DNA of 62,880 nt, counting the filler, from Collodictyon triciliatum (taxonomy: Eukaryota), in NCBI GenBank assembly GCA_043381765.1. It is 4 parts of 4 records of this genome, joined end to end, with 100 filler letters (N's around TTAATTAATTAA, not from the genome) between each part and the next. Parts side by side here need not be neighbours in the genome. Positions count along the whole stretch, not along the records: positions 1 to 25,779 come from JBHJMP010001033.1; positions 25,880 to 51,622 come from JBHJMP010001034.1; 2 more parts are not named here. One strand, 5' to 3'. The notes below the pieces were generated by a model. The model worked only from the letters and a program-made list of their open reading frames with translations, did not search any database and had not been told where the DNA came from. Both the position numbers and the translations under genes were made by a program. This document shows positions 21,936 through 32,452 of the stretch, in pieces. Position 1 is the stretch's first letter; each line of letters begins with the position of its first letter.

Positions 21936-23210
21936 ATGATGAACAACATGGAGACAAAAAAAAACAAAACGTCAATAATCCCAAAAAGCGAATGGCAAGC
22001 GAAAATTAGTGAAGTTTTTTACAATGAACCAAAACACACGATGTCCAGGGACGCCCTTTTTACAGCTGTACGGCAATATGGAATTTCCAGATCATATGTA
22101 GATAAATTTATAAAAAGTCAACCAGACTGGCAAATTTTGCAACGAGCTCCGAAACCTAAGGAGACCCCGACGATTATGCGATATGAACCGGGTTACGTGC
22201 AAATTGATACAATTGACATCAAAAATATGGAAAGTGATTCTGCTAAATACTTACTGACATGCGTTGATGTTTTTACACGAAAATTGTGGGCGTATCCACT
22301 GGAATCAAATACAGCAACGGAGGTCGCCCGGCAACTACAAAAATTTATAAATTCATATAAGATACTCAAAACGATACAGTCAGACAACGGGGCCGAGTTT
22401 GTTAACGAGACCGTTAAACGGTTGTTAGAGTCAAGAAACATAACCCACGTTAAGAGCTTACCGGCTACCCCAACGAGTCAGGCGTATGTGGAAAGAAACA
22501 ACGGGACTTTAAAGAGGGCTCTTTATGGCTACATGCAGAAAACAGGTAAGGACCCTATTCCAGACCTCGACAGCTTTGTAGATTCTTTAAACTTACAACC
22601 AAATGCCACAACGGGGGTCGTTCCGGCTGTTGCCATGCTTCCAGAATATAAAGACAAGATTCTCGAGAATATGGAAAAATATAACTCTAAGAAAAACGAC
22701 CAGGGCAACACCAAAGATTTAGAACCGGGCGAAAAAGTACGGGTTCGACTAGAAAAAACAGATATACCGGCGGATATGAGAAACAAAATAAAGAAACAAA
22801 AAGGATACCTCCCAAGGTGGTCGGCATCAGTCTATAAAATAAAACAAAGGTTCGAAGCTAAATCGACCTGGGCCCTGCCATCATACACCCTAGACACATC
22901 TGATAGTCTAAAAAACAAACGTTTTAGAAGATCGGATTTATTAAAGCTGTCAGAAGAGACAAAGATAGAGACCCATAAACCAAAGTCAACCCAAAAAATG
23001 AAAGAGTCGGCCCCGTCTATTCTAAATTATTTCTCTGGTCAACCCACAAGAGAAATCGACGAGGAAGATGAGTTTTATGAATATATAAGACCCAGAGAAA
23101 GACGTCCGAGCGGGCCAGAGGAAGCGGAATATATTCGATTTAATGAACAAACAAAAATAAAGCAAGCTAATGAACGGAGTAAAAGATTGCTTAACAGGAA
23201 TAAAAAATAA
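21936..23210 (+). CDS. Retroviral-like (rve, DDE) integrase of Polinton/Maverick-virophage type
   Basis: VQID…LTCVDVFTRKLWAYPL…IQSDNGAEF…QAYVERNNGTLK with exact D-x35-E spacing. The N-terminus (FYNEP…ISRSYVDKFIKSQ) lacks HHCC, and the C-terminal GEKVRV…KGYLPRWSASVYKI is typical of Polinton-type integrases. Confidence 0.93.
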   Translation: MMNNMETKKNKTSIIPKSEWQAKISEVFYNEPKHTMSRDALFTAVRQYGISRSYVDKFIKSQPDWQILQRAPKPKETPTIMRYEPGYVQIDTIDIKNMESDSAKYLLTCVDVFTRKLWAYPLESNTATEVARQLQKFINSYKILKTIQSDNGAEFVNETVKRLLESRNITHVKSLPATPTSQAYVERNNGTLKRALYGYMQKTGKDPIPDLDSFVDSLNLQPNATTGVVPAVAMLPEYKDKILENMEKYNSKKNDQGNTKDLEPGEKVRVRLEKTDIPADMRNKIKKQKGYLPRWSASVYKIKQRFEAKSTWALPSYTLDTSDSLKNKRFRRSDLLKLSEETKIETHKPKSTQKMKESAPSILNYFSGQPTREIDEEDEFYEYIRPRERRPSGPEEAEYIRFNEQTKIKQANERSKRLLNRNKK

Positions 23211-23732
23211 TTATGTTTTACTGGGTTGCATGGCTTTACTAATTGATTTTTTTGGCTCTCTCTTTTTTCTAGGGGTCGCCTGGGTCTCTTCCTTCTTTAC
23301 TTCTTTAAGTTCTTCCGCTATTTTTTCGTTATCATATTTCACGCTTCTCTCTCGGTTACTGTCACGCGTCTCTGCCGCTTTCTTTCTCCCCTTTTTGATA
23401 ATCTCTTCCACGTCTTTCTTAGTTTTGAAAAACATGACGACGTTATCCTGGTTCACGCTCCATTTTGTTGCGTACTGTCTAAAGAAAAAAACTTTATCTT
23501 TATTGCCCTTCCGTCTGACTTGTTCTTCTTCATCTGGGACAGCCGAAATAAAACCACCTTTCTTCCATCCTCCTTCTGTATCTGTACCGCTGTTATATTT
23601 CCTTGGTTTTGCGATATATGCAATATAGTCCCCGACCTGTATGTCTTCCGGGGCAATCGGCGCCCAATCTTCGGAGCTAAAATTTTCTGGGAGCAACTTC
23701 TTTATTGTTTCGGTAATTTCTGGGGGAGCCAT
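23211..23732 (-). CDS. Hypothetical SH3-like beta-barrel protein with basic tail (173 aa)
   Basis: IQVGDYIAY…WKKGGFI…KWSVNQDNVVMFFK. Its stop codon directly abuts the integrase stop. Confidence 0.75.
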   Translation of the reverse strand: MAPPEITETIKKLLPENFSSEDWAPIAPEDIQVGDYIAYIAKPRKYNSGTDTEGGWKKGGFISAVPDEEEQVRRKGNKDKVFFFRQYATKWSVNQDNVVMFFKTKKDVEEIIKKGRKKAAETRDSNRERSVKYDNEKIAEELKEVKKEETQATPRKKREPKKSISKAMQPSKT

Positions 23733-23793
23733 GTTTATTGCTAGAAAAAAAATATTTATAGAAAATATTTTTTTTATTTAAATGCAAATTTAC

Positions 23794-25779
23794 TTAATCA
23801 TATGTTTCTGGATAGTAATCGTCTATTTTAAATTTTAACCCATTTTCTTTATTTCTCAATTTGTCAACAGATATATTATAAAACGTACCCAGCTCATAAA
23901 TATCCGAATTCTCTGCATTTTTTCGTAATTTTGTGTATTCCTTTCTAATAAATAACTCTGGATATTTCGAGATATATTCTTTTAATTCTGGACTTTTTAT
24001 AAACGATTTAAACTTGAGATTTTTCACAAATTCCGGAGCTGCTATAGTGTTACAAACCTCTTTATATAATTCAAAAAACAACTGAGCTTTAACAACTACT
24101 ATCTCTTTTTTATGAAACTCGAATCCACCTTTTTTGAGGTATCCGTATTTTTCTTCATAGTAGCTGTCCCACTCAAATAAAATAATATCCATGAATTGGA
24201 AAAACGTTGGTTTAAATGTTTCCTTCAACTCTTCTTGTGTGTCACATTTTGGCAACTTGTCATAATTAAAATTCGGGTCATACATCTTTAAGATATACAA
24301 TAAGAGTAATCTGTTATAATATTCGTTTCCACTCTCTTCCCGTAATTTTTTTTGATCTTCCTCACTCAATCTATATTCTTTGCAATCTATCATGGGGAAT
24401 CTTCTGTGATTTTCAGATTCAAATTCGAACGCACATTGTTTATTCGTTAATGCGATATAGCTCGTATAGTTCTTGACCGGGAAGGGGTCCGTCCTCATCA
24501 ATTTTATTTCTGATCGTGATCGGGTTATCGCAGCTTTTATATTTTCAGTAAATTTCTTTGTGTCCTTGGCCCCTGTCTCTTCGCACAATATAAGCAATTT
24601 GTTAAATATACTCGCATTAAAGTATCCAAAGAGGTGAGCGGCTTCACTCTGACTAGTGAAATAAGTTTCTCCCAGTAACTTATTGGCAAAATGTCTCTCA
24701 AGAAATCCAGATTTTCCAGAACCTCCCGTAGCGTTGCGCAAACAAAGTGCTTTCTCGCATAATTTTGGTGTGTTAAAAAGTATATTGCCCAGTATATTTA
24801 TAAAGTACTTTATATTGTACTCTTGTATATTCTTGTCGTTATGGAAACAAAATATCTCCTCAATTTGCCATTTGGTTTTTGAGTTGTCCCAGTCAATTTG
24901 CTCTTGTTCTGTCAATGGAGTATTTTTCAAGTCTGCAACCAATTTTTTATAATTCTCGTTAGACATGAGACCCGGGTTCCCAAACAGTGCGGTCCATGGG
25001 TGGCCCTTAAACGTGTTATATACTCCCTTTGGTACATCTACGCCATACGGATAAAAGCCAAACATAACATATTGCCGCATAGGATACGCACAGACTGTTT
25101 CCCAAACATCTTGAGGCTTGCAATTAAATTCCTCGTGAAATTGCATAACGTAGGACTTGGCGTTTTGTATTTCTTGTGGGCGGTCAAATAATTCGTTTTC
25201 GCGATACAACTTTCCGTTCATTGTAAAATGCGTGTGCCAAAAATCAGGCGGTGGCGGTTCTGTTTTTGGAGGCACATAAGAAAATTCCCAGTCCATTTTC
25301 ATCTTCTTTTCTGTCAATTTGACTTCATACGATGTTTTTTCTTTTATAAACGCTTCGCAGGCTCTTAAAAGATGTTCCGGGAAATCTGATTCTCCATTTT
25401 TTCGAATCATACAACCATCGTGAATTAGCACGTCCACGCTTCGGCCTGCTGAGGTAAAAAATTCATTCATGGCCTCCAAGAGAATTCTCTCCTCAGTTTG
25501 GAGAAACAATGAAAGCATCTTAAATTTTTTATTTGGCCCAGCCTGTGAAAGACAGTGATTGTCATTGCGTAATCGAAGGGGCTGCCAGTCTTTTTTTTCT
25601 TTCCATATAAATTCGGCAAGCTGATTCCATTCATTTTGAATGTTTGAAAGGTCGTTATATACCAATTCAATGTCAAAAGATTGGCAATAATTTGGGATTT
25701 CAGCAAATTCAGGAGCTTGCCCGCCGTACGCTATTTTTAACAATGCGATCTTGGCGTCAAATCGATCCATGTTGAACCT
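23794..25779 (-). CDS. PolA-like primase-polymerase (TVpol) fused to SF3/D5-like helicase, 5'-truncated
   Basis: DAKIALLKIAYGG (motif B-like) and LQTEERILL…VLIHDGCMI (motif C-like), then Walker A GGSGKS, Walker B LILCEE, motif C IALTN and RRF. The frame stays open to the scaffold end. Confidence 0.85.
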   Translation of the reverse strand, partial: RFNMDRFDAKIALLKIAYGGQAPEFAEIPNYCQSFDIELVYNDLSNIQNEWNQLAEFIWKEKKDWQPLRLRNDNHCLSQAGPNKKFKMLSLFLQTEERILLEAMNEFFTSAGRSVDVLIHDGCMIRKNGESDFPEHLLRACEAFIKEKTSYEVKLTEKKMKMDWEFSYVPPKTEPPPPDFWHTHFTMNGKLYRENELFDRPQEIQNAKSYVMQFHEEFNCKPQDVWETVCAYPMRQYVMFGFYPYGVDVPKGVYNTFKGHPWTALFGNPGLMSNENYKKLVADLKNTPLTEQEQIDWDNSKTKWQIEEIFCFHNDKNIQEYNIKYFINILGNILFNTPKLCEKALCLRNATGGSGKSGFLERHFANKLLGETYFTSQSEAAHLFGYFNASIFNKLLILCEETGAKDTKKFTENIKAAITRSRSEIKLMRTDPFPVKNYTSYIALTNKQCAFEFESENHRRFPMIDCKEYRLSEEDQKKLREESGNEYYNRLLLLYILKMYDPNFNYDKLPKCDTQEELKETFKPTFFQFMDIILFEWDSYYEEKYGYLKKGGFEFHKKEIVVVKAQLFFELYKEVCNTIAAPEFVKNLKFKSFIKSPELKEYISKYPELFIRKEYTKLRKNAENSDIYELGTFYNISVDKLRNKENGLKFKIDDYYPETYD

Positions 25780-25879
25780 NNNNNNNNNNNNNNNNNNNNN
25801 NNNNNNNNNNNNNNNNNNNNNNNTTAATTAATTAANNNNNNNNNNNNNNNNNNNNNNNNNNNNNNNNNNNNNNNNNNNN
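25780..25879. other. Artificial scaffold-joining spacer
   Basis: 100 nt of N with central TTAATTAATTAA (stops in all six frames). Confidence 0.97.
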
Positions 25880-25976
25880 AAATAAAAATAAAAATAAAAA
25901 TAAAAATAAAAATAAAAATAAAAATAAAAATAAAAATAAAAATAAAAATAAAAATAAAAATAAAAATAAAAATAAA
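25880..25976. repeat. (AAAAAT)n microsatellite
   Basis: Tandem hexamer at scaffold start. Confidence 0.9.
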
Positions 25977-26181
25977 AAGAGAAAGAAAAAGAAAAATAAA
26001 AAGAAAAAGAAATGAAAAAAAAACGAAACACTTTAGAAACAAACAGATTTACATACCTTGTATAAATTGGAAAAAAAAAAGAGGACGAGTAAAAACGGTC
26101 AAGATAACAAAAAAATAAAAAAATAAAAGATGTATTTAAAGACAAATTCTATTCATACTTTCGTTCTGAGCTCAATATCAA

Positions 26182-29100
26182 ATGATTCAGATGGGGCTTG
26201 TCTCCCTTATAACAGTGCTTCTTTCTCTAGGTATGTCTCAAATTATATAAAGCATTGAAATTATAATAAATTTCAAAAAAAAAAAAAGCACGTCAAGCAC
26301 TTCATCTGATCACATAAGATTTTCAAGCGTAAGCCAGATAAATCTCATCCTATATTCAGCTATTGCATTAGGCGCTTCGTCTGTCACTGCTAGTGACAGT
26401 TCTACAGCCACACTTGTTAGCCAAAATGTCCACACAAACAAAATCAGGTGCGTTGCAGCGTCTCCTGATGGTTCAAATATAATCTCAGCTAGCGACGACG
26501 GGACTTTGAAACTATGGGAATTGTCTGATGGGCGCATGATTCTCACCTTTCTTGGGCATTCCGACGCTGTCTTGTCGGTGAGGTTCTCCTCAAATGGACT
26601 TTACATAGTGTCTGGGGGAGCTGATAAGACCATAAAAAAATGGGACACATCGGCTGGCTCTGTGGCGCTTACCATGCTTGGCCACACGGGCGCAGTGAGA
26701 TGCATCGCTCTTTCCCCGGATGGCATGACTATAGCCTCTGCTAGTGATGACACAACCATAAAGCTGTGGGATTTTTCAAATGGAGGCCTGGCAAATACAA
26801 TCCATGGGCACACAAGCGCGATACTAAGTTTAGCTATATCTCCCAACGGATTGAGGCTTGTGTCTGGTGGTGGCGATAGTACTATCAAAGTTTGGGACAT
26901 TACAAACGGAAGCATTATACGCACCATTTATGGACACACAGACGGTGTTTTGTCTGTGGCATATTCACCTGACGGAACATATCTAGCATCAGGCAGTGCG
27001 GATGCTTCTGTAAAACTGTGGGATGCCTCGAATGGTTCCATTGTTTCTGCCTTTCATGGACACAATAGTCAAGTAAACAGTGTCTGTGTCAGCCAAGACG
27101 GGCTCAAGCTATTATCAGCCAGTAATGACAAAACTGTGTCAGTATGGAGTCTCGAAACTGGAAAGGAGCTTCATCAATTAAGCCAACACACTGGGCATGT
27201 CAATAGTGTTACAATTACCCCAGACAACTTGTTTATCGTTTCTGGCAGTAGCGATATGACTATGAATTGCTGGGGTATTGAAGATGGGATTCTCACCAGG
27301 ACACTTTCTATATCTAGCGATGTAAACAGCATTTCAGTCACTCGGGATGGCAATAGCATCATTTCAGGAAGCAACGACAACACAGTAAAAATATGGGATC
27401 CAAAAAATCAGGCTATACTAAGGACGTTGTCTGGCGGAACTGGCTTTGTTGAGTGCGTTGCCATGTCAACCGATGAAAAGAAAATAATATCGGGCCATGG
27501 GTGGCCAGACAATTCTGTCAGAGTATGGGATTTTGAAAGTGGCGGTCTCATCTATTATCTACGAGGACATTCAAACTCAGTGAATGACGTTCTTGTCACC
27601 CCTGATGATTCGAGAATCATATCTGCCAGCAGCGACAACACCATCAAGATTTGGGCTCTTTCTGATGGTGCTATTACCCGAACATTTAAAGCACATAGCG
27701 CGATGGTGAGTGACATTGCTTTGAGTTCAGATGGTCTAATCCTTGTTTCTGCTTCATATGATTCCACGGTCAAGATTTGGAGCCTTTTGGAATCTAAGCT
27801 CATCCAAACTCTAACTGGGCACGTAGGCCAAGTTCTAGCCGTCTCAATTACACCTGATGGAAAACAAGTAATATCAGGGGGATGGGATGCGCTCATAAGA
27901 ATATGGGATATTTCAGATGGTTCATTGATTCGCTCATTGTCTGGACATATCGACCAAATATATTCAATCTCAGTTAGCCCCAGTGGCCAAAGGATTGTTT
28001 CGGGCAGTGCCGACCAAGCCATCAAAATCTGGGACATTTCAGGCGGAAGCTTGTTACATACATTCATGGGGCACAAAGGCAGCGTAAAATCTGTTGTTGT
28101 TTCGGCAGATGGCGATAGAATCGTGTCAGGAAGCGGCGATAACACAATAAAGCTTTGGATACTATGCCACAGAGGCAGCTATTACGACAAGTCACTCAAT
28201 TCTTGCCACATGTGTAGTCCAGGCTCCTATATACCGCCAAATCAATATTATTATTGTTCTCTTTGTCCATACGGAACATTCCACCAACTTTATGGGTCTA
28301 CAGATCCGGACGAATGCCTGCCATGTCCACCAGGAACTTACAGTCCGACAAGTGGCAGTTCAGCATGCCTTGATTGTGAGGCAGGCACATACAATGGCGC
28401 GCTAGGTCAAAAATTATGTATAGAATGCCCGTCGGGTTTCTACAACCCCCTAGTTGCGCAGCAATTTTGCATTCCGTGCTCGGCTGGTTCATACTCTAAT
28501 ACAACGAAATCTAAAACATGTGATTTATGCCCAGCTGGTACTTTCAATCCGAGTGTGGCTGCAAACGGTATTACTCAATGTATTGCATGCCCCAGCGGAA
28601 CCTACTCGGCATTCCAGGGCCAATCGTCTTGTGATTTGTGTCTCCCTGGGCAATACAATCAAAAAATAAACCAGATAGAGTGCAGTTCATGCCCTAAAGG
28701 TACATACAACCCCAATTATGGAAAAAAAGAACTGACATCATGCCTGGAATGCCAACCTGGGACATATGGTTCACAAGACATGACAGAATGTACTCCATGC
28801 CCCCAAGGCACCTTCAATGAGGAGGGGGGAGTTACAGATTTGACGTCTTGTTTGGAATGCCCCGATGGGAGTTACAGCGCTGAGAGAAGCGCATATTGCA
28901 TCTCCTGTTCACCTGGATTCTACCAAAAGGAAGGAGTTTCAAAGAATGCTACCTCTTGTCAAAAGTGTCCGAAAGGAACATTCAATCCTTTTTCTGATTC
29001 GTATGGAAAGTCCTCATGTGTTGGATGTCCTCAGGGCACGTACAATAATAGGGAAGGGCTGGCGTCGTGTACATCCTGTCCAGCCGGGACATTCAATAAC

Positions 29101-31125
29101 CACACTACATCTGTTGACCTGTCATCATGCATTATTTGCGCCAAAGGTAGTTATAGTTCTGAAAGGAGTTCAACGTGCAATTTATGCCCAACGCGTTCGA
29201 CTACAGACGACACCGGCTCCAAAAGCATCGGAGATTGCAAGTGTTCAACCTCATATGCTTCGTATGACGGACTCTGCACATGCGAGCCAGGTTTCTTCGA
29301 AGACGAGGGAATGTGCCGACCTTGTCGAGTTGGTTACTATAAGGCAACTTATGACACCGGGTTTTGTATGTCATGTCCAATCGGATCTACAACAAACACC
29401 ACAGGCGCAGTGAGTTTAGATGAGTGTGAATGCAAGGATGGATACGAATATTACGGCGATTTATGTATGTGCGGACCGGGGAATTTCGAAGATGATGGCG
29501 CCTGCTATCGCTGCCCCTCAAACACGTATAATCCGGATTATGGACAAACGTCTTGCCGCGAATGCCCACCAAACTCAATTACCACTTCAACAGGCTCAAA
29601 ATATTTTTCAGAGTGCGCATGTATGCTAAATACATACCTTGACACAGAAATGATGAAGTGTATTGATTGCCCAAATGGATTTTTGTGCGATGGTAGTAGC
29701 AAAATAAGTGTCGCTCCGGGGTATTGGCAAACACAAAGTTCCACCGGAGATTACGTCGCATACAAATGCTTAAATCAAGAGGCTTGCTTTGGAGGAAGCA
29801 ATAACACGTGTGCCACGGGTTACTCAGGGCCATTATGCAGTGTATGCGAAAAGGGGTATGGAAAAGTTGGATATAGTTGCACACGATGCCCGTCTGAGGC
29901 AGCAAGTGGGTTGTTGGTATTTCTGAGCATAGTGATGCCCCTCCTGTTTGTTGATTTTATGATTGAGCAGTCCAGGCAGCCGCAGACTAGTGGCATTTTG
30001 ATTTTGAAGCTTTTGTTTACACATTTCCAAATTCTTTCTTACCTGGCCAACTTTGATGTGGATTGGAGCTCCTCTATCGTTTCGATGATGCAGATTCCAG
30101 CTGTTTTCTCCTTTTCTTTATCAGTGGATACATACCCGATGGAATGTCGCTTTGATATGAGCACCTATGACCGGTTGTTTTACTCGATGATAACACCGGT
30201 TGTCTTGGGGCTTGTTGTGATTGTGATTGTCTTTCTTCGTAACATGTACAGACTGTATGCGGATGAGATAACAAAGAAGGAACTAACCTACTTTAGGTTT
30301 CGGCAGGAATTCATCTATTCAGCACTTGTGATGCTCTTTTTTGTGCACCCCACTGTCACAGCGAATATAGCAAAGATATTCCCGTGCGAAACGCTGGGCC
30401 AGCATGATTACTTGAAGGCTGATATGAAGATTGAATGCAATAACCCCACGTATCGTATGTGGAGAAGTATATCGCTTGTCTATGTGGTTGTGTACTGCCT
30501 CATGGGGCCAATTATGCTTATGGTCCGTATAATCAGAAAGAGGCGGTCGCTGGGTAACCCCACGTCCAGCACCTACACGTTGTTGCGGTTTCTGGTGGAC
30601 GGCTACACAGAGCGATGCCAGTACTGGGAGATTGTCTCTATGCTGCAAAAGATTTTGACGGTATTGATAGCCGTCTTCTTTTCCACCTCGCTTCAGATAT
30701 ACTTTGGACTCTGGCTGATGTTCCTCATGATGGCGTTCTCGATTCATTATCGCCCATTCATGTCCAATGTTATGAAGAGAGCACAACTGGAGTCCCTCCT
30801 GGCATTGTACTTTACTCTCATGCTGAGCCTGCTATTCCACCGCTCCAATCTTCGCAGCGTTGTGGAGCTTGTTTTATTGGTTCTCATCATCGCCGCAAAC
30901 GGGGCCATCGCAGCCAAGTTCCTTTCAATCGGCGGCCCTGCCTTGCTGAGGCTTATCCTGTGGAGGACAAGCGACTTGATTGGGCAGCTTTTCGACTTTG
31001 TCGCCCACCAGGCGCTGAAGCCACTGCTTGCCGTCGCGCTCAGGCATAGGGGCGCAGGAAACCGCTCCAGCGATGCAGAGTTGGAGAATCCTGTGGCAAA
31101 GAGAGACACTGCGGAGTCCCTGTGA
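26182..31125 (+). CDS. Signal peptide + 14 WD40 repeats + Cys-rich (GCC2/GCC3, ephrin-receptor-like) repeats + multi-pass TM domain
   Basis: Exon 26182-26230 splices (GT 26231…AG 26359) into the 1539-aa frame, giving MIQMGLVSLITVLLSLAIALGA. It then has 14 GH…WD repeats, many CxxCPxGTY repeats and about 9 hydrophobic segments with FLVDGY…YWE…PF motifs. Confidence 0.88.
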
Positions 31126-31459
31126 TTCGCTGGTTTGAAGGCTTGCTGGGTTGCCTGATGCTGGCATCTTTTGGATCACACTTCTTTCCGAAACTAAATA
31201 AAGCGAATGAAGAATATAGACAAAAGAATGATAAAAAAAATATCAAGTAAAATTCTAATCCTCCGTATATCCCAGACGAGTGCCAGCTGTTGCTTGCGAT
31301 TCGGTTGCTTTCTCCCTTGTCCATGACAGCCTTGGTTCGTTCACGTCGCCACTCCGTATGCCTGCGGGGCTGCATCATTGCGATGATGAGGGTGACATAT
31401 AATGATTTAGAAAAGGCGGTTTGTCTGCACAGCACGGATTGCAATCTGGAGTCTTTGTT

Positions 31460-32452
31460 TTATGACAGCTTCGGAAGATAGATTGTGTATGGATTGGTCG
31501 ACGCGACCACCGGAGACAGCCCGTCGAGCTTCAGCTTCGCCACGTGGACCAAAAAGTATCTGCGTGCAAACAATCCAAGGCGGTTAGAAAATGAGTGCGG
31601 TTTTCTGCTGAAAGCGCACGCACGCAAAGAACGTGCTGCTGGGTGCACGATACGTACCGGTGCCAGGTTGCATCTGCCGTCAGCTCCGGGTGGAAGGAGG
31701 CGCCCAGGATGTGGCCCTGCTGCACAGCGACGATGCGGCCGTCCGGCAGTTTGCACAGGATATCCACGTCTTTGCCAACCTCCTTGATGACCGGCGCACG
31801 GATGAAAACTGCGCGGATGGGCTGTGTGCTGACTCGTTCGCACGTGACGGTTGTTTCAAAGCTGTCCAGCTGCGTGCCAAAGTGGTTGCGTTGACAGACC
31901 ACATCCAGCCCGCCGACAAGAAGCTGTCCGCCCTGGCGATGGATGGGAATTACAACAGGCGATTGCGGATGGAATGGCATGTCTACGGGTATTTGGCTGT
32001 TAAATCGATGGCTAACCCATCTTTACCTTCTTTTGTCCTTCTACGGTGTTGGCCAAGAAAATCATCCCCGCGCACGTCCCAAAAGTCGGCTTCTTTGCTG
32101 ACACCCAATCTCGGAGTGCAGGGAGTATTTGTGTCTTTTCTGCTACGATGGCCATGGTGGTGCTCTGGCAGATGCAGAGCAAAGAGGAGATTGGCAGGGT
32201 AAAATCAGGGATGGGTAGGGGTTGTGCAGGAGTCTCATGACATGGTATTTTGACCGAAAAGAAACAAGATGAGAATGAAGCAAAAAATGACAAAGAAACC
32301 TCTCCACCAGGTAGAATGAGAGCCGAGAGTCCTTCCAAGTCCTTGGGCTGCTTCACCTCCTTTGCAAAGACCCCGAGCTGGTGAAGCGTCGAGCAATGCT
32401 CCGCAAAGCCTCCTTGCAAAGCGAGCACGCCAACCACGGGTCTCTCTGCCAT
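31460..32452 (-). CDS. PDX2: Pyridoxal 5'-phosphate synthase glutaminase subunit (PDX2/SNO), 4 exons
   Basis: VGVLALQGGFAEH, LILPGGE|STTM, FGTCAGMIFLA, RNHFGTQLDSF, AVFIRAP and FHPEL motifs. Confidence 0.95.

Larger units (their letters stand above)
17939..25779. mobile_element. Endogenous virus-like / Polinton-like DNA element (TVpol-SF3 helicase + rve integrase + HNH), right end truncated
   Basis: Intronless, AT-rich, tightly packed ORFs (abutting or overlapping stops) unlike the flanking spliced host genes. It encodes an integrase, a primase-helicase and an HNH nuclease, and has a structured non-coding left arm. Confidence 0.88.

Noticed and set aside
19370-23790. TCTA in AT-rich spacers upstream of element genes, resembling the CroV/mavirus late promoter
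   Set aside because: Present before only some ORFs at inconsistent distances; a 4-mer in AT-rich DNA is expected by chance.
25780-25879. TTAATTAATTAA palindromes flanked by N (also 51623-51722, 59409-59508)
   Set aside because: Identical 100-nt artificial spacers. Genes on either side are not neighbours, so the WD40 receptor is not part of the viral element.
27174-28145. Antisense ORFs over the WD40 genes (also 42127-43020, 54129-54776)
   Set aside because: Shadow frames of the real coding strand with no independent motifs.
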